DNA of 64,000 nucleotides from Acidobacteriota bacterium. GTDB taxonomy: Bacteria > Acidobacteriota > UBA6911 > RPQK01 > JAJDTT01. The stretch spans positions 3,232,001 to 3,296,000 of the forward strand of contig CBDCJH010000002.1 in NCBI GenBank assembly GCA_965217775.1, written 5' to 3'. This document shows, piece after piece, positions 27,274-36,653 of this stretch (position 1 is the first letter of the stretch; every line of letters begins with the position of its first letter). The position numbers and the translations under genes were made by a program. The notes below the pieces were generated by a model, which was given only the letters and a program-made list of their open reading frames with translations, was not told the DNA's origin and did not search any database.

Positions 27274-27447
27274 TTTCCGTAGGGGCGGCCCTTGTGGCCG
27301 CCTTCCCCGACCGGTCGCAGGGTGCGGGAAGGGTCAAACGACGTGACGGCTGCGGACACGTTTCCGTAGGGGCGGCCCTTGTGGCCGCCCTCCCCGACCG
27401 GTCGCCAGGGTGCAGGAACGATCGAATGCCGTGACGGCTCGGGTCAC
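27274..27447 (+). repeat. Two tandem 87-bp units, each with a GTAG-type REP hairpin
   Basis: GTAGGGGCGGCCCTTGTGGCCGCC at 27279 and 27366. Confidence 0.85.
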
Positions 27448-27486
27448 GGGCCGACAATTACAACAAGACACCCGGAGGAAAACAGT

Positions 27487-29133
27487 ATGGGTGGATTCCA
27501 ATACCAGGAGATTTTCGAGCACGCCGGTCAGAACGTGGAATACCGGAAGCTCGGCGACCAGGTCTCCACGGTGGAGTTCGAGGGCCGCCAAATGCTCAAG
27601 GTCGGACCCGAGGCGCTGCCGCTCCTGGCCCAATCCGCCATCGACGACGTCTCCCACCTGCTGCGGACGAGCCACCTGGAGCAGCTCGCTCGCATCCTGG
27701 AGGACCCCGAGGCCTCCGAGAACGACCGGTTCGTGGCGCTGGAGCTGCTGAAGAACGCCAACATCGCGGCGGGGCGCGTCCTGCCCGGCTGCCAGGACAC
27801 GGGAACCGCCATCGTCATCGGCCACAAGGGCCAGAACGTCTGGACCGATGGGGACGACGGCGAGGCCCTGTCTCTGGGCATCTACAGCGCCTACCAGGAG
27901 GGGAACCTGCGCTACTCCCAGTTGGCTCCGCTGAGCATGTACAAGGAGAAGAACACCCGGACCAACCTCCCGGCCCAGATCGAGCTCTACGCCGAACCGG
28001 GAGACGAATACCACCTCCTCTTCATCGCCAAGGGCGGAGGCTCGGCCAACAAGATGTTCCTCTACCAGCAGACCAAGGCCCTGCTGAATCCCGATTCCCT
28101 CATGCGCTTCGTGGAAGAGAAGCTCCATTCCCTGGGGACGGCCGCCTGCCCTCCCTATCACCTGGCCCTGGTGATCGGAGGCATGTCGGCCGAGTTCACC
28201 ATGAAGACCCTGAAGCTGGCCAGCGCGCACTACCTGGACGATCTGCCCACTAAAGGCAACGAGTTGGGCCGGGCTTTCCGGGACCGGGAACTGGAGCATC
28301 AGATCTTCGACTTGTCCACGCGAATCGGCATCGGCGCCCAGTTCGGCGGCAAGTACTTCGCCCACGACGTCCGGGTCATTCGGCTGCCCCGCCACGGCGC
28401 CTCCTGCCCGGTGGGCCTGGGAGTCTCTTGCTCGGCGGACCGCCAGGCGCTGGGCAAGATCACCCGCGACGGGATCTTCCTGGAGCAGTTGGAGACCAAT
28501 CCGGCCCGCTTCCTGCCCGAAGTGACCGAAGACGACCTGGACGACGACGTGGCGCAGATCGATCTGAACCGGCCTATGCCTGTAATCCTCGACGACCTGC
28601 GGCAATACCCGGTGGCCTCGCGCCTCTCGCTGACCGGACCCGTGATCGTGGCCCGGGACATCGCCCACGCCCGGTTGAAGAAGGATCTGGACAACGGCCG
28701 GGCGCTGCCGCAGTACTTCAAGGACCACGTGGTCTACTACGCCGGTCCGGCCAAGACGCCCCAGGGGTACGCCTCAGGCTCCTTCGGCCCCACCACCGCC
28801 GGCCGCATGGATCCTTACGTGGACCTCTTCCAGAGCCAGGGCGCCAGCATGGTCATGCTGGCCAAGGGCAACCGTTCCCGTCAGGTGAGCCAGGCCTGCG
28901 CCCGTCACGGAGGCTTCTATCTGGGCTCCATCGGGGGCCCCGCCGCGGTCCTGGCCGAGCACAGCATCAAGAAGGTGGAGGTGGTGGATTACGAGGATCT
29001 GGGGATGGAGGCCATCTGGAAGATCCAGGTGGAAGACTTCCCCGCCTTCGTCATCATCAACCACGAGGGCCGAGACTTCTACACCGAACTCCCCGGCGGC
29101 AAGAGCGGCGGGTTGATCTCGTTGAAGTCGTGA
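27487..29133 (+). CDS. fumA: Class I (Fe-S) fumarate hydratase
   Basis: [35 protein letters not shown] before ATG 27487. Confidence 0.93.
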   Translation: MGGFQYQEIFEHAGQNVEYRKLGDQVSTVEFEGRQMLKVGPEALPLLAQSAIDDVSHLLRTSHLEQLARILEDPEASENDRFVALELLKNANIAAGRVLPGCQDTGTAIVIGHKGQNVWTDGDDGEALSLGIYSAYQEGNLRYSQLAPLSMYKEKNTRTNLPAQIELYAEPGDEYHLLFIAKGGGSANKMFLYQQTKALLNPDSLMRFVEEKLHSLGTAACPPYHLALVIGGMSAEFTMKTLKLASAHYLDDLPTKGNELGRAFRDRELEHQIFDLSTRIGIGAQFGGKYFAHDVRVIRLPRHGASCPVGLGVSCSADRQALGKITRDGIFLEQLETNPARFLPEVTEDDLDDDVAQIDLNRPMPVILDDLRQYPVASRLSLTGPVIVARDIAHARLKKDLDNGRALPQYFKDHVVYYAGPAKTPQGYASGSFGPTTAGRMDPYVDLFQSQGASMVMLAKGNRSRQVSQACARHGGFYLGSIGGPAAVLAEHSIKKVEVVDYEDLGMEAIWKIQVEDFPAFVIINHEGRDFYTELPGGKSGGLISLKS

Positions 29134-29139
29134 CGGCCA

Positions 29140-29196
29140 GGAGCGGCGACTTCCAGTCGCCGCTCGGGAGGGTTAGGGGGGACGGCAGTCCCCCCT
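29140..29196 (+). repeat. REP-like double hairpin (family 2), probable terminator after fumarase
   Basis: GAGCGGCGAC-TTCCA-GTCGCCGCTC followed by AGGGGGGAC..GTCCCCCCT. Relatives at 30929, 50074 and 59091. Confidence 0.7.
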
Positions 29197-29537
29197 CGTG
29201 TTCTTCCCCTCCTGTTCTTCCGCTTCCAGTTTCAAGTGCTCCTCCGCCGATTCCTTCTTGCAGCCACCAGATCTCCCATCGTCCTCGTACCCGTCATCCT
29301 GGCATCGTCGTCACCGGCCTGTGCGCGTACCTGGCACGCGCCGCGAACAGTTTCCGGCGACAAACGTCGATGTTAAGCTGAGAGGTATGCCTGCATTATC
29401 CGGCCCGCAGCGAGGGTTCCCATGATGACCTCGAGAAAGGTCGTCAATTCACCCGTGAAGAAGCCGAACTACTCGAGGAGAAACTGAAAAACAACCCCCA
29501 TGATGTTTCTTCCCGGACGCAGCTTCTCGGATATTAC

Positions 29538-30434
29538 ATGCAGCTTCCGCCTGTGAACGATCCATCGGATTTAGAGGCAAAACGCAAACACATACTATGG
29601 CTTGTACAAAACTCGCCGGAAGCCGAAGTCTTGGGAGCTCTCGAGGTAACGACTATCGGAATCTTCGACCCGATAGGCTATTCCAAGGTCAAGAAAGCTT
29701 GGAGGACTCAACTCGAAAGGAACCCCAAGAACGTGACGATATTGGGGAACGCGGCAAAGATGTTGGGGAACCCCGCAAATGTTATGGCGTTGAACGAACG
29801 TGAATCCGCGATCAAATTGCTCCAGCGGGCCCAATCGCTTGATCCGTCCAATGCGAAGTGGGCAACGGAGCTTGGGCACCAGTATGCAATGGAAGCACTA
29901 TGGAATGCATTGGAAACACCATGGGGATCGCCTGAGGCCGTCAAGGTGGCCAACGACAGGGCGTTGACGCAGTTCGAAAACGCGTACGCACTTGAGGATG
30001 AACACGGAAAAGACGCTCTACTGCCGGATCTTGCAAAAGCCGCATTCGGAGCGGGCCAACTGGTCAAGGCTCGAAAGTATGCGGAGAACACGTTGCAAGT
30101 TTCGAAATCCGATTGGGACTACGGTCACCGTATCCACCACGGCAACCTCGTTCTTGGTCGAATCGCTTTACGAGAGGACAATATCGACGAAGCCAAAACT
30201 CGTCTGATTGCGGCCGGCAACACGCCAGGATCACCACAACTCGATTCCTCCGGTCCGAATATGACGTTCGCCAAAGAGCTCCTCGAGAGGGGCGAGCGTG
30301 ACATCGTACTGGAGTATTTCCGACTTTGTTCGAAGTTCTGGGCATCGGAAGATGCGCAAGACCAATTCGATAAATGGGCTGTTCTGGTCAATGGAGGCAG
30401 GGTCCCGGATTTTGGCGCAAATCTCCACTACTGA
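29538..30434 (+). CDS. TPR-like helical repeat hypothetical protein (N-terminus probably extends upstream)
   Basis: Helical repeats, HHGNLVLGRIAL, GSPQLDSSGPNMT. Frame is open from 29382. Lower GC than flanks. Confidence 0.75.
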   Translation: MQLPPVNDPSDLEAKRKHILWLVQNSPEAEVLGALEVTTIGIFDPIGYSKVKKAWRTQLERNPKNVTILGNAAKMLGNPANVMALNERESAIKLLQRAQSLDPSNAKWATELGHQYAMEALWNALETPWGSPEAVKVANDRALTQFENAYALEDEHGKDALLPDLAKAAFGAGQLVKARKYAENTLQVSKSDWDYGHRIHHGNLVLGRIALREDNIDEAKTRLIAAGNTPGSPQLDSSGPNMTFAKELLERGERDIVLEYFRLCSKFWASEDAQDQFDKWAVLVNGGRVPDFGANLHY

Positions 30435-30483
30435 GTGTTCCACGGCACCGACTCTTTCGGCTGGACAGGGCCAAAGAATCCGG

Positions 30484-30786
30484 TCACGGTGTGTGCATCG
30501 TCGACGGATACCCCTCTTGCCCGGAAGACAACTGCAAAATGGGCCGAAGAGACAATGCGGAAGCAATGTCCGACAGGGTCCTGAGAGTCAGGTTTCTACC
30601 GCCGCCGAGCACCTGGGAGACGAATCCCGGGCTCTTTCCCAGACGCCTGGCCAACTCTGCCCGCGTCACTCCGGCGTCGTCGAGCGCTTGCGTCAGCGTC
30701 TCGGTAACCTGAAGGATCAATTCTTCCTGACGTACGAGTCGAACAAATTCCTTGTCAGGCCGAATCGAAATGTCACTTGTAGCCAT
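30484..30786 (-). CDS. XRE-family HTH regulator / orphan antitoxin
   Basis: GVTRAELARRLGKSPGFVSQVLGGGRNLTLRTL. Confidence 0.85.
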   Translation of the reverse strand: MATSDISIRPDKEFVRLVRQEELILQVTETLTQALDDAGVTRAELARRLGKSPGFVSQVLGGGRNLTLRTLSDIASALSLRPILQLSSGQEGYPSTMHTP

Positions 30787-30928
30787 TGATCCCTCCGATT
30801 TTTGCGGAACGTCATCCAACCAACGTCGCTGGAATTACCCTCGCAACCCAATATTTATATATATGTAAACTCCAGTCAAGTGACCTGACTCCTGGTGAAG
30901 TCGATGGAGAAACAGGGCTATTCTGCAA

Positions 30929-31003
30929 GCGGCGGCTTTCCAGCCCCCGAACATCCGGAGTGGGTTGGGCCAACAACGAATGGGCGACTGGAAAGTCGCT
31001 CCC
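30929..31003 (+). repeat. Degenerate REP-like element (family 2)
   Basis: GCGGCGGCTTTCCAGCC..GGGCGACTGGAAAGTCGCTCCC. Confidence 0.55.
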
Positions 31004-31133
31004 AGCCCAGACTTTCCCACGATCTCCCCGGCTGCTAGAATCCCTCCCCGGCGGGGCGGTTGTTCCGCGACCCGCCTAATCCGGCAGGGACGAGCGGTTC
31101 GTCCCCTCGAGTTCTAACGAAAGTGACTTCCTG

Positions 31134-31913
31134 ATGGGCAAAGTCGATCTTAACTTCAAGCCTGCGGTTCCCGTGTTTGACGCCAACGCGGAGCTGGGGC
31201 GCCGGCACGACCGGCGCAATCTCATGGACACTCCGGAGCAGCTCTTCGAGGAGATGACCCGCGCCGGCGTGGACCGGGCGCTGGTCTGGCATCCCAACGG
31301 CGCCGCCTACGATTCCATGGAGGGGAATCTGATCCTCCAGGAGTTGATCCACGGGGACTCGAGACTGGTTCCCCAGTTCTTCTGCAATCCTTCTTTTGAC
31401 GACTTCGACGTCTTCACCCGAAGCGTGAAGGACGCGGCCGTCCGGTCCATCCGCATGGTCCCCCAATACCAGCACTACCCCTTCCGGGAGTGGATCGTGG
31501 GACCCTGGCTCGATTGGATGGAGCGGGAAGGATTGGCGCTCTGGCTGCCCGCGACCTACACGGTCTTCGGCGACACGACCGAGCTCGACGCCGCGGACGT
31601 GTACGACACCGTCCGGGAGCATCCACATCTCAACGTGGTCCTGAGCGAGATCCACTACTCCAACATCTCCTGGGCCGTTCCTCTGCTCAAGAGCCTCCCC
31701 AACGTCCACGTGGAGACCTCCAAGCTCACCATCGCAGATCCCATCAACCGCTTCCTGGAGTTCATGGACGACTCGCGCATCCTCTTCGGCTCCCGCTACC
31801 CCAACTCCGCCATGGGCGTCCACATCTATGCCCTGCATCACATGGGGCTGCCCGAGTCCACTGTTCGCGCCATCTGCGCCGGCAATCTGGAACGTCTCCT
31901 GGGAATGGGATAG
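31134..31913 (+). CDS. Amidohydrolase_2-like protein A1 (lacks the HxH metal motif)
   Basis: VFDANAELG, RILFGSRYP, ICAGNLERLL. Confidence 0.85.
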   Translation: MGKVDLNFKPAVPVFDANAELGRRHDRRNLMDTPEQLFEEMTRAGVDRALVWHPNGAAYDSMEGNLILQELIHGDSRLVPQFFCNPSFDDFDVFTRSVKDAAVRSIRMVPQYQHYPFREWIVGPWLDWMEREGLALWLPATYTVFGDTTELDAADVYDTVREHPHLNVVLSEIHYSNISWAVPLLKSLPNVHVETSKLTIADPINRFLEFMDDSRILFGSRYPNSAMGVHIYALHHMGLPESTVRAICAGNLERLLGMG

Positions 31914-31924
31914 AGGTCGAAGAA

Positions 31925-32683
31925 ATGCAAGACTTTCCCGTCGTCGATTTTCACGCACACCTGGGAAACTGGGGCCGCTTCGGCATGCTGGACACGCCCG
32001 AGCTCTTCTTGAGCTGCATGGACAACGCCGGCATCGACGTGGCCTGCCTCAACTGCATCTTCCATGGAGATTCGGACCGGGGCAACGACCGGGTGGCGGA
32101 ATATGTCCGCAAATGGCCCAAGCGCTTCGTGGGCGCCGCCTTCATCAGCGCCAACTACCCCGACGAAATGGTTCCCGAGCTGGAGCGCTGCTTCGGGAGC
32201 CTGGGGATGAAATTCATCAAGATCTATCCCCACTACGTCCGCGTCGCCCATGACGATCCCCTCTACTTTCCCATCTACGAGTTCGCCAACGAGCGGGGCC
32301 TGGCGGTCATGTCCCACGCCAAGCACTACTTCGACCCGGCTTCGGTTTCCGTCTACAAACGTTACGAGGGCCTGGTGAAGCGATTCCCCCGAATCAACTG
32401 GGTGATGGCCCACGCCGGCGGCGGCACGAGTGCCGAGGCCGCGCGCACAGTGCGGGACTTTCCCACCATTTACGTGGAGACCTGCAGCTCCGGACTGCGC
32501 TACGGCGGCATCGAATACGCCGTCAAGAACGGGAGGGCCGACCGGGTCCTCTTCGGCACCGACATGCCGCTGTTGGATGCCTCTCAGCAACTGGCCAAGG
32601 TGATCGTCTGCCGGATCACCGACGAAGAGAAGAAGATGGTCCTGGGCGGCAACGCCATCCGGCTTCTGAACCTGAAGCTCTGA
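31925..32683 (+). CDS. Amidohydrolase_2 family metal-dependent hydrolase B1
   Basis: DFHAHLG, KIYP, MAHAGG, RVLFGTDMP, GGNAIRLL. Confidence 0.9.
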   Translation: MQDFPVVDFHAHLGNWGRFGMLDTPELFLSCMDNAGIDVACLNCIFHGDSDRGNDRVAEYVRKWPKRFVGAAFISANYPDEMVPELERCFGSLGMKFIKIYPHYVRVAHDDPLYFPIYEFANERGLAVMSHAKHYFDPASVSVYKRYEGLVKRFPRINWVMAHAGGGTSAEAARTVRDFPTIYVETCSSGLRYGGIEYAVKNGRADRVLFGTDMPLLDASQQLAKVIVCRITDEEKKMVLGGNAIRLLNLKL

Positions 32684-32742
32684 GCTTCATCGATCCTCCG
32701 CCAGTACCTGTCTTACTCGGCACAATCGAAAGTGGATTCCCG

Positions 32743-33522
32743 ATGGGCAAAGTCGACTTCAACTTCAAACCTGCGGTTCCCGTGTTCGATGCCAACGTGG
32801 AGTTGGGGCGCCGGCACGACCAGCGCAACCTCAAGGACACTCCGGATCAGCTCTTCGAGGAGATGGCCCGCACCGGCGTGGACCGGGCGCTGGTCTGGCA
32901 TCCGAACGGCGCCACCTACGATTCCATGGAGGGTAATCTGATCCTTCAGGAGTTGATCCACGGCGACTCGAGACTGGTTCCCCAGTTCTTCTGCAATCCG
33001 TCCTTCGACGAATTCGACGTCTTCACCCAAAGCGTCAAGGACGCGGCCGTCCGGTCCATCCGCATGGTCCCGCAGTATCAGCATTACCCCTTCCGGGAGT
33101 GGGTGGTGGGCCCCTGGCTCAATTGGATGGAGCGGGAAGGACTGGCGCTCTGGCTGCCGACAACCTACACGGTCTTCGGCAACACGACGGAGCTCGACGC
33201 TTCAGACGTGTACGACACTCTTCGGGAGCATCCCCATCTCAACATGGTCCTGAGCGAGATCGACTACCGCAACGTCTCCTGGGCGGTTCCTCTGCTCAAA
33301 AGCCTCCCGAATCTCCACATGGAGATCTCCAGACTCACCATCGCCGATCCCATCAACCGCTTCCTGGAGTTCATGGGCGACTCGCGCATCCTCTTCGGCT
33401 CCCGCTACCCCAAGTCGGCAATGGCCATCCACCTCTATGCGCTGCATCACATGGGGCTGCCCGAGTCCACCGTCCGGGCCATCTGCTCCGGCAATCTGGA
33501 ACGTCTCCTGGGAATGGGATAG
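32743..33522 (+). CDS. Amidohydrolase_2-like protein A2 (paralog of A1)
   Basis: Same length as A1 and collinear with it, offset 1609. Confidence 0.85.
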   Translation: MGKVDFNFKPAVPVFDANVELGRRHDQRNLKDTPDQLFEEMARTGVDRALVWHPNGATYDSMEGNLILQELIHGDSRLVPQFFCNPSFDEFDVFTQSVKDAAVRSIRMVPQYQHYPFREWVVGPWLNWMEREGLALWLPTTYTVFGNTTELDASDVYDTLREHPHLNMVLSEIDYRNVSWAVPLLKSLPNLHMEISRLTIADPINRFLEFMGDSRILFGSRYPKSAMAIHLYALHHMGLPESTVRAICSGNLERLLGMG

Positions 33523-33533
33523 AGATCGAAAAA

Positions 33534-34292
33534 ATGCAGGATGTCCCCGTCGTCGATTTTCACGCACACCTGGGAAACTGGGGCCGCTTCGGAATGCTGG
33601 ACACACCCGAACTCTTCTTGAGTTGCATGGACAACGCCGGCATCGACGTCGCCTGCCTCAACTGCATCTTCCACGGAGATTCGGACCGAGGCAACGACCG
33701 GGTGGCCGAATACGTCCGCAAGTGGCCCAAACGCTTTGTGGGCGCCGCCTTCGTCAGCGCCAACTACCCGGAAGAGATGGTTCCCGAACTGGAACGCTGC
33801 TTCGGGACCCTGGGGATGAAGTTCATCAAGATCTATCCCCACTACGTCGGCGTCGCTCATGACGACCCCCTCTACTTTCCCATCTACGAGTTCGCCAACG
33901 AGCGGGGCTTGGCGATCATGTCCCACGCCACGCACAACTTCGACCCGCCTTCGGTTTCCGTCTACAAGCGGTACGAGGGACTGGTGAAGCGTTTCCCCAA
34001 GATCAACTGGGTGATGGCCCACGCCGGAGGCGGGAAGAGCGGAGAAATCATGCGCGCCGTGAGGGACTTCCCCACCATCTACGTGGAGACCTGCGGCTCC
34101 CGCCTGCGCAACGGTAGTGTCGAATACGCCGTCAAGCACGGACGGGCCGATCGGGTCCTCTTCGGCACCGACATGCCCCTGTTTGACGCCTCTCAGCAAC
34201 TGGCCAAGGTGATGGTCTGCCAGATCGCCGACGATGAGAAGAAGCTGGTCCTGGGCGGCAACGCCATCCGGCTGCTGAATTTGAAGCTGTGA
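33534..34292 (+). CDS. Amidohydrolase_2 family hydrolase B2 (paralog of B1)
   Basis: Same length as B1 and collinear with it, offset 1609. Confidence 0.9.
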   Translation: MQDVPVVDFHAHLGNWGRFGMLDTPELFLSCMDNAGIDVACLNCIFHGDSDRGNDRVAEYVRKWPKRFVGAAFVSANYPEEMVPELERCFGTLGMKFIKIYPHYVGVAHDDPLYFPIYEFANERGLAIMSHATHNFDPPSVSVYKRYEGLVKRFPKINWVMAHAGGGKSGEIMRAVRDFPTIYVETCGSRLRNGSVEYAVKHGRADRVLFGTDMPLFDASQQLAKVMVCQIADDEKKLVLGGNAIRLLNLKL

Positions 34293-34353
34293 CATCCGCC
34301 GGACCGAGATTTTGGCCACCACGTCCGTGATCCTGGCACGGGAAAACTCAACA

Positions 34354-34539
34354 ATGTGTTCCAAGAGTGCCCACCCATCCAAACAGTCGCGTGAACTGGA
34401 ACTCGCTGGCATCGAAGCCGCTCTGATCAGAGCAGGAGAACGAGCCCGGCGCAGGCGTGCACGTGTAGAAGCAGCGCGCCGCGTCGCCGAGTCCGATGAG
34501 AGCGGAACCAAACCGAAGCAGACGGCGGACGAAACGTAG
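34354..34539 (+). CDS. Small hypothetical protein
   Basis: 61-aa helical ORF (GIEAALIRAGERARRR) in the gap between convergent genes. Confidence 0.4.
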   Translation: MCSKSAHPSKQSRELELAGIEAALIRAGERARRRRARVEAARRVAESDESGTKPKQTADET

Positions 34540-34653
34540 AACTCTGCCTTGAATCGAATCGGGTACGGCGAAAAACCGGTTCGGCAGTGGAGACTGCGGA
34601 TGCGGGAAAACCCAGACCCTTGATCCCAGTCGGGCGAGGCCGAAGTCAGTCCG

Positions 34654-36153
34654 CTATGCCCCGTCCTCTCCCGTATGGATCTGCTGCATGAGTCCGTCGA
34701 TCTCCTTCGGAGGCGCGGGAGTCAGGTGGGAGACCACGATGATGGTCAGGAAAGCCACCGGAGCCCCGATCAATGCGGACGAAGTGGCCGGAATCCACGA
34801 AGCCAACGCCGTGTCGCCCCAGAACAGGGCGCCGATGGAGATCAGCCCCCCCACCAGCATGCCGGCGATGCCCCCCTCGCGGGTGGTGCGGCTCCACCAG
34901 ATGCCCAGGACGAATACGGGAAAGATGGTGCAGCCGGCGATGGCGAAGGCCATGGCCACGATCTGTCCGATGAGGGCGGGCGGTTCCAGGGCCACCACCA
35001 TGATGGCGAAACCCAGGACCACGGCGCCCAGGCGCGCCACGACGACGCGCTCCTTGTTGGAGGCGGTGGGCTTGAAAAGTCCGAAATAGAGGTCGTGCGC
35101 AAAGGCCGCCGAAGCGGCCATCAACAGTCCCGCCACTGTGCTGAAGGCGGCGGACACGGCTCCCGCGGCCAGGAGGCCGGTGAACCATTCGGGAAGTCCC
35201 GCGTTCTCGGCGGCGTTGATGATGATCACATCGGCCACTTCCCTGCCCCCGTCCGGATTGAGGATCCTGCCGAAGGCGGAGAACGCGGGCGAACTCCAAT
35301 AGAGGATGCCGATGAAGAAGAGTCCCCAGACCACCGACTTGCGGGCGTCGCGGGCGTTGGGGACCAGGTAGAAGCGCTGGATGACGTGGGGCAACCCCGC
35401 CGTTCCGACCATGAGCGTGAAACAAAGGGCGATCCACTGATAGATCCCTTCATCCCCCCAGGGAAGAACGAACTGCGGCTGGGTCTCCTGGAGCTGGGCC
35501 ACGGCCTCCCCGTATCCCAACTGGGGAACCACGTAGAAGAACCCCAGCTTCTTGGCGATGAAGAAGAGCGGCAGCAGGAATGCCGTGATGAGGACGATGT
35601 ACTGCACCTGCTGGTTGCGGACCACGCCCATCATTCCCGAGAGCAGCACGTAGGAGACGACCACGATGGTCCCGGTGATGATGGACAGCTTGTAGTCCAT
35701 GCCGAAGATCCACTTGAACATCTCACCGATGCCCTTGTACTGGCCCACGGCATAGACGAAGGAGATGACCAGCGTAATGATGGCGGCCAGGAAACGGGCC
35801 GTCTTGGAGTAGTACCGGTCGCCGATGAAGTCGGGGGCGGTGAACTTGCCGTAGTTGCGGATCTGGGCCGCCATCAGGACCAGCAGCAGGACGTACCCGC
35901 CGGTCCAGCCCAGAACGTAGGCCAATCCGAAATATCCCTGCAGGTAGAGGAGCCCCGCCATCCCCAGAAAGCTGGCGGCGCTCATCCAGTTGCTGGCGAT
36001 GGCCATCCCCGAGGAGACGGGGCCGATCCTGCGGCCGGCCACCCAGTACTCCTCCAGGTTGCGGACCCGCGTCACGATCCCCACCACCACGAACAGGAGC
36101 AGAGTCCCCGCCAGGATCAGGGCGGGTCCGGTTCTCACCCCGATTTCTTCCAC
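34654..36153 (-). CDS. Sodium:solute symporter (ActP-like / VC_2705 subfamily)
   Basis: GMAIASNWMSAASFLG, GKFTAPDFIGDRYYS, GTAGLPHV. GTG start at 36153. Confidence 0.92.
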   Translation of the reverse strand: MEEIGVRTGPALILAGTLLLFVVVGIVTRVRNLEEYWVAGRRIGPVSSGMAIASNWMSAASFLGMAGLLYLQGYFGLAYVLGWTGGYVLLLVLMAAQIRNYGKFTAPDFIGDRYYSKTARFLAAIITLVISFVYAVGQYKGIGEMFKWIFGMDYKLSIITGTIVVVSYVLLSGMMGVVRNQQVQYIVLITAFLLPLFFIAKKLGFFYVVPQLGYGEAVAQLQETQPQFVLPWGDEGIYQWIALCFTLMVGTAGLPHVIQRFYLVPNARDARKSVVWGLFFIGILYWSSPAFSAFGRILNPDGGREVADVIIINAAENAGLPEWFTGLLAAGAVSAAFSTVAGLLMAASAAFAHDLYFGLFKPTASNKERVVVARLGAVVLGFAIMVVALEPPALIGQIVAMAFAIAGCTIFPVFVLGIWWSRTTREGGIAGMLVGGLISIGALFWGDTALASWIPATSSALIGAPVAFLTIIVVSHLTPAPPKEIDGLMQQIHTGEDGA

Positions 36154-36154
36154 T

Positions 36155-36460
36155 CTATTCCTGCCCCCCGCGGGCGTCCTTGCCGGAATCGACCAGCCGA
36201 TCGAAGAGCCGGTTGAACCAGATGCAAAGGAGCAGGAAGCCAATGATGGAAAACTGGCCGGTGAACCAGTAGTGGAAGGGGAAACCCAGGAACCGGGCGT
36301 CGGTGAGGAAGCTGGACCCCATGGGATCCCGCTGGACCAGAAACAGGAGGATCTGGAATCCGAAGACCATCACTGCCCAGAGGCCGACGATCAGAAAGAT
36401 GATCCGGCGCACTGCCTTGAAATAGCGGCCGCTGGGACGGACAAGGTTGACTTCCGACAT
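36155..36460 (-). CDS. DUF4212 small membrane partner of the SSS transporter
   Basis: Two TM segments, FLGFPFHYWF..Q, directly upstream of the SSS gene. Confidence 0.85.
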   Translation of the reverse strand: MSEVNLVRPSGRYFKAVRRIIFLIVGLWAVMVFGFQILLFLVQRDPMGSSFLTDARFLGFPFHYWFTGQFSIIGFLLLCIWFNRLFDRLVDSGKDARGGQE

Positions 36461-36653
36461 GGGCGTTTCCCTAAGGGCGCCGCACTATACAGGATGGTCA
36501 CCCGACGGTCAACGAACCGGGAAGTCCGGAAACCCTGGCTCTCTCTTTCTTCTTTTTCCCTTTTCTCTTTCCTCCTTTCCGGTGGTAAATTGATTCGCCG
36601 GATGTTGCTTACCTTTGTCCCAGGCATTTCGAAACTGGAAGCCCCATTCTAGC

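Noticed and set aside
27274-27447. Possible mini CRISPR array
   Set aside because: Only two units, the spacers resemble each other, the repeat is a GTAG REP hairpin, and no cas genes are present.
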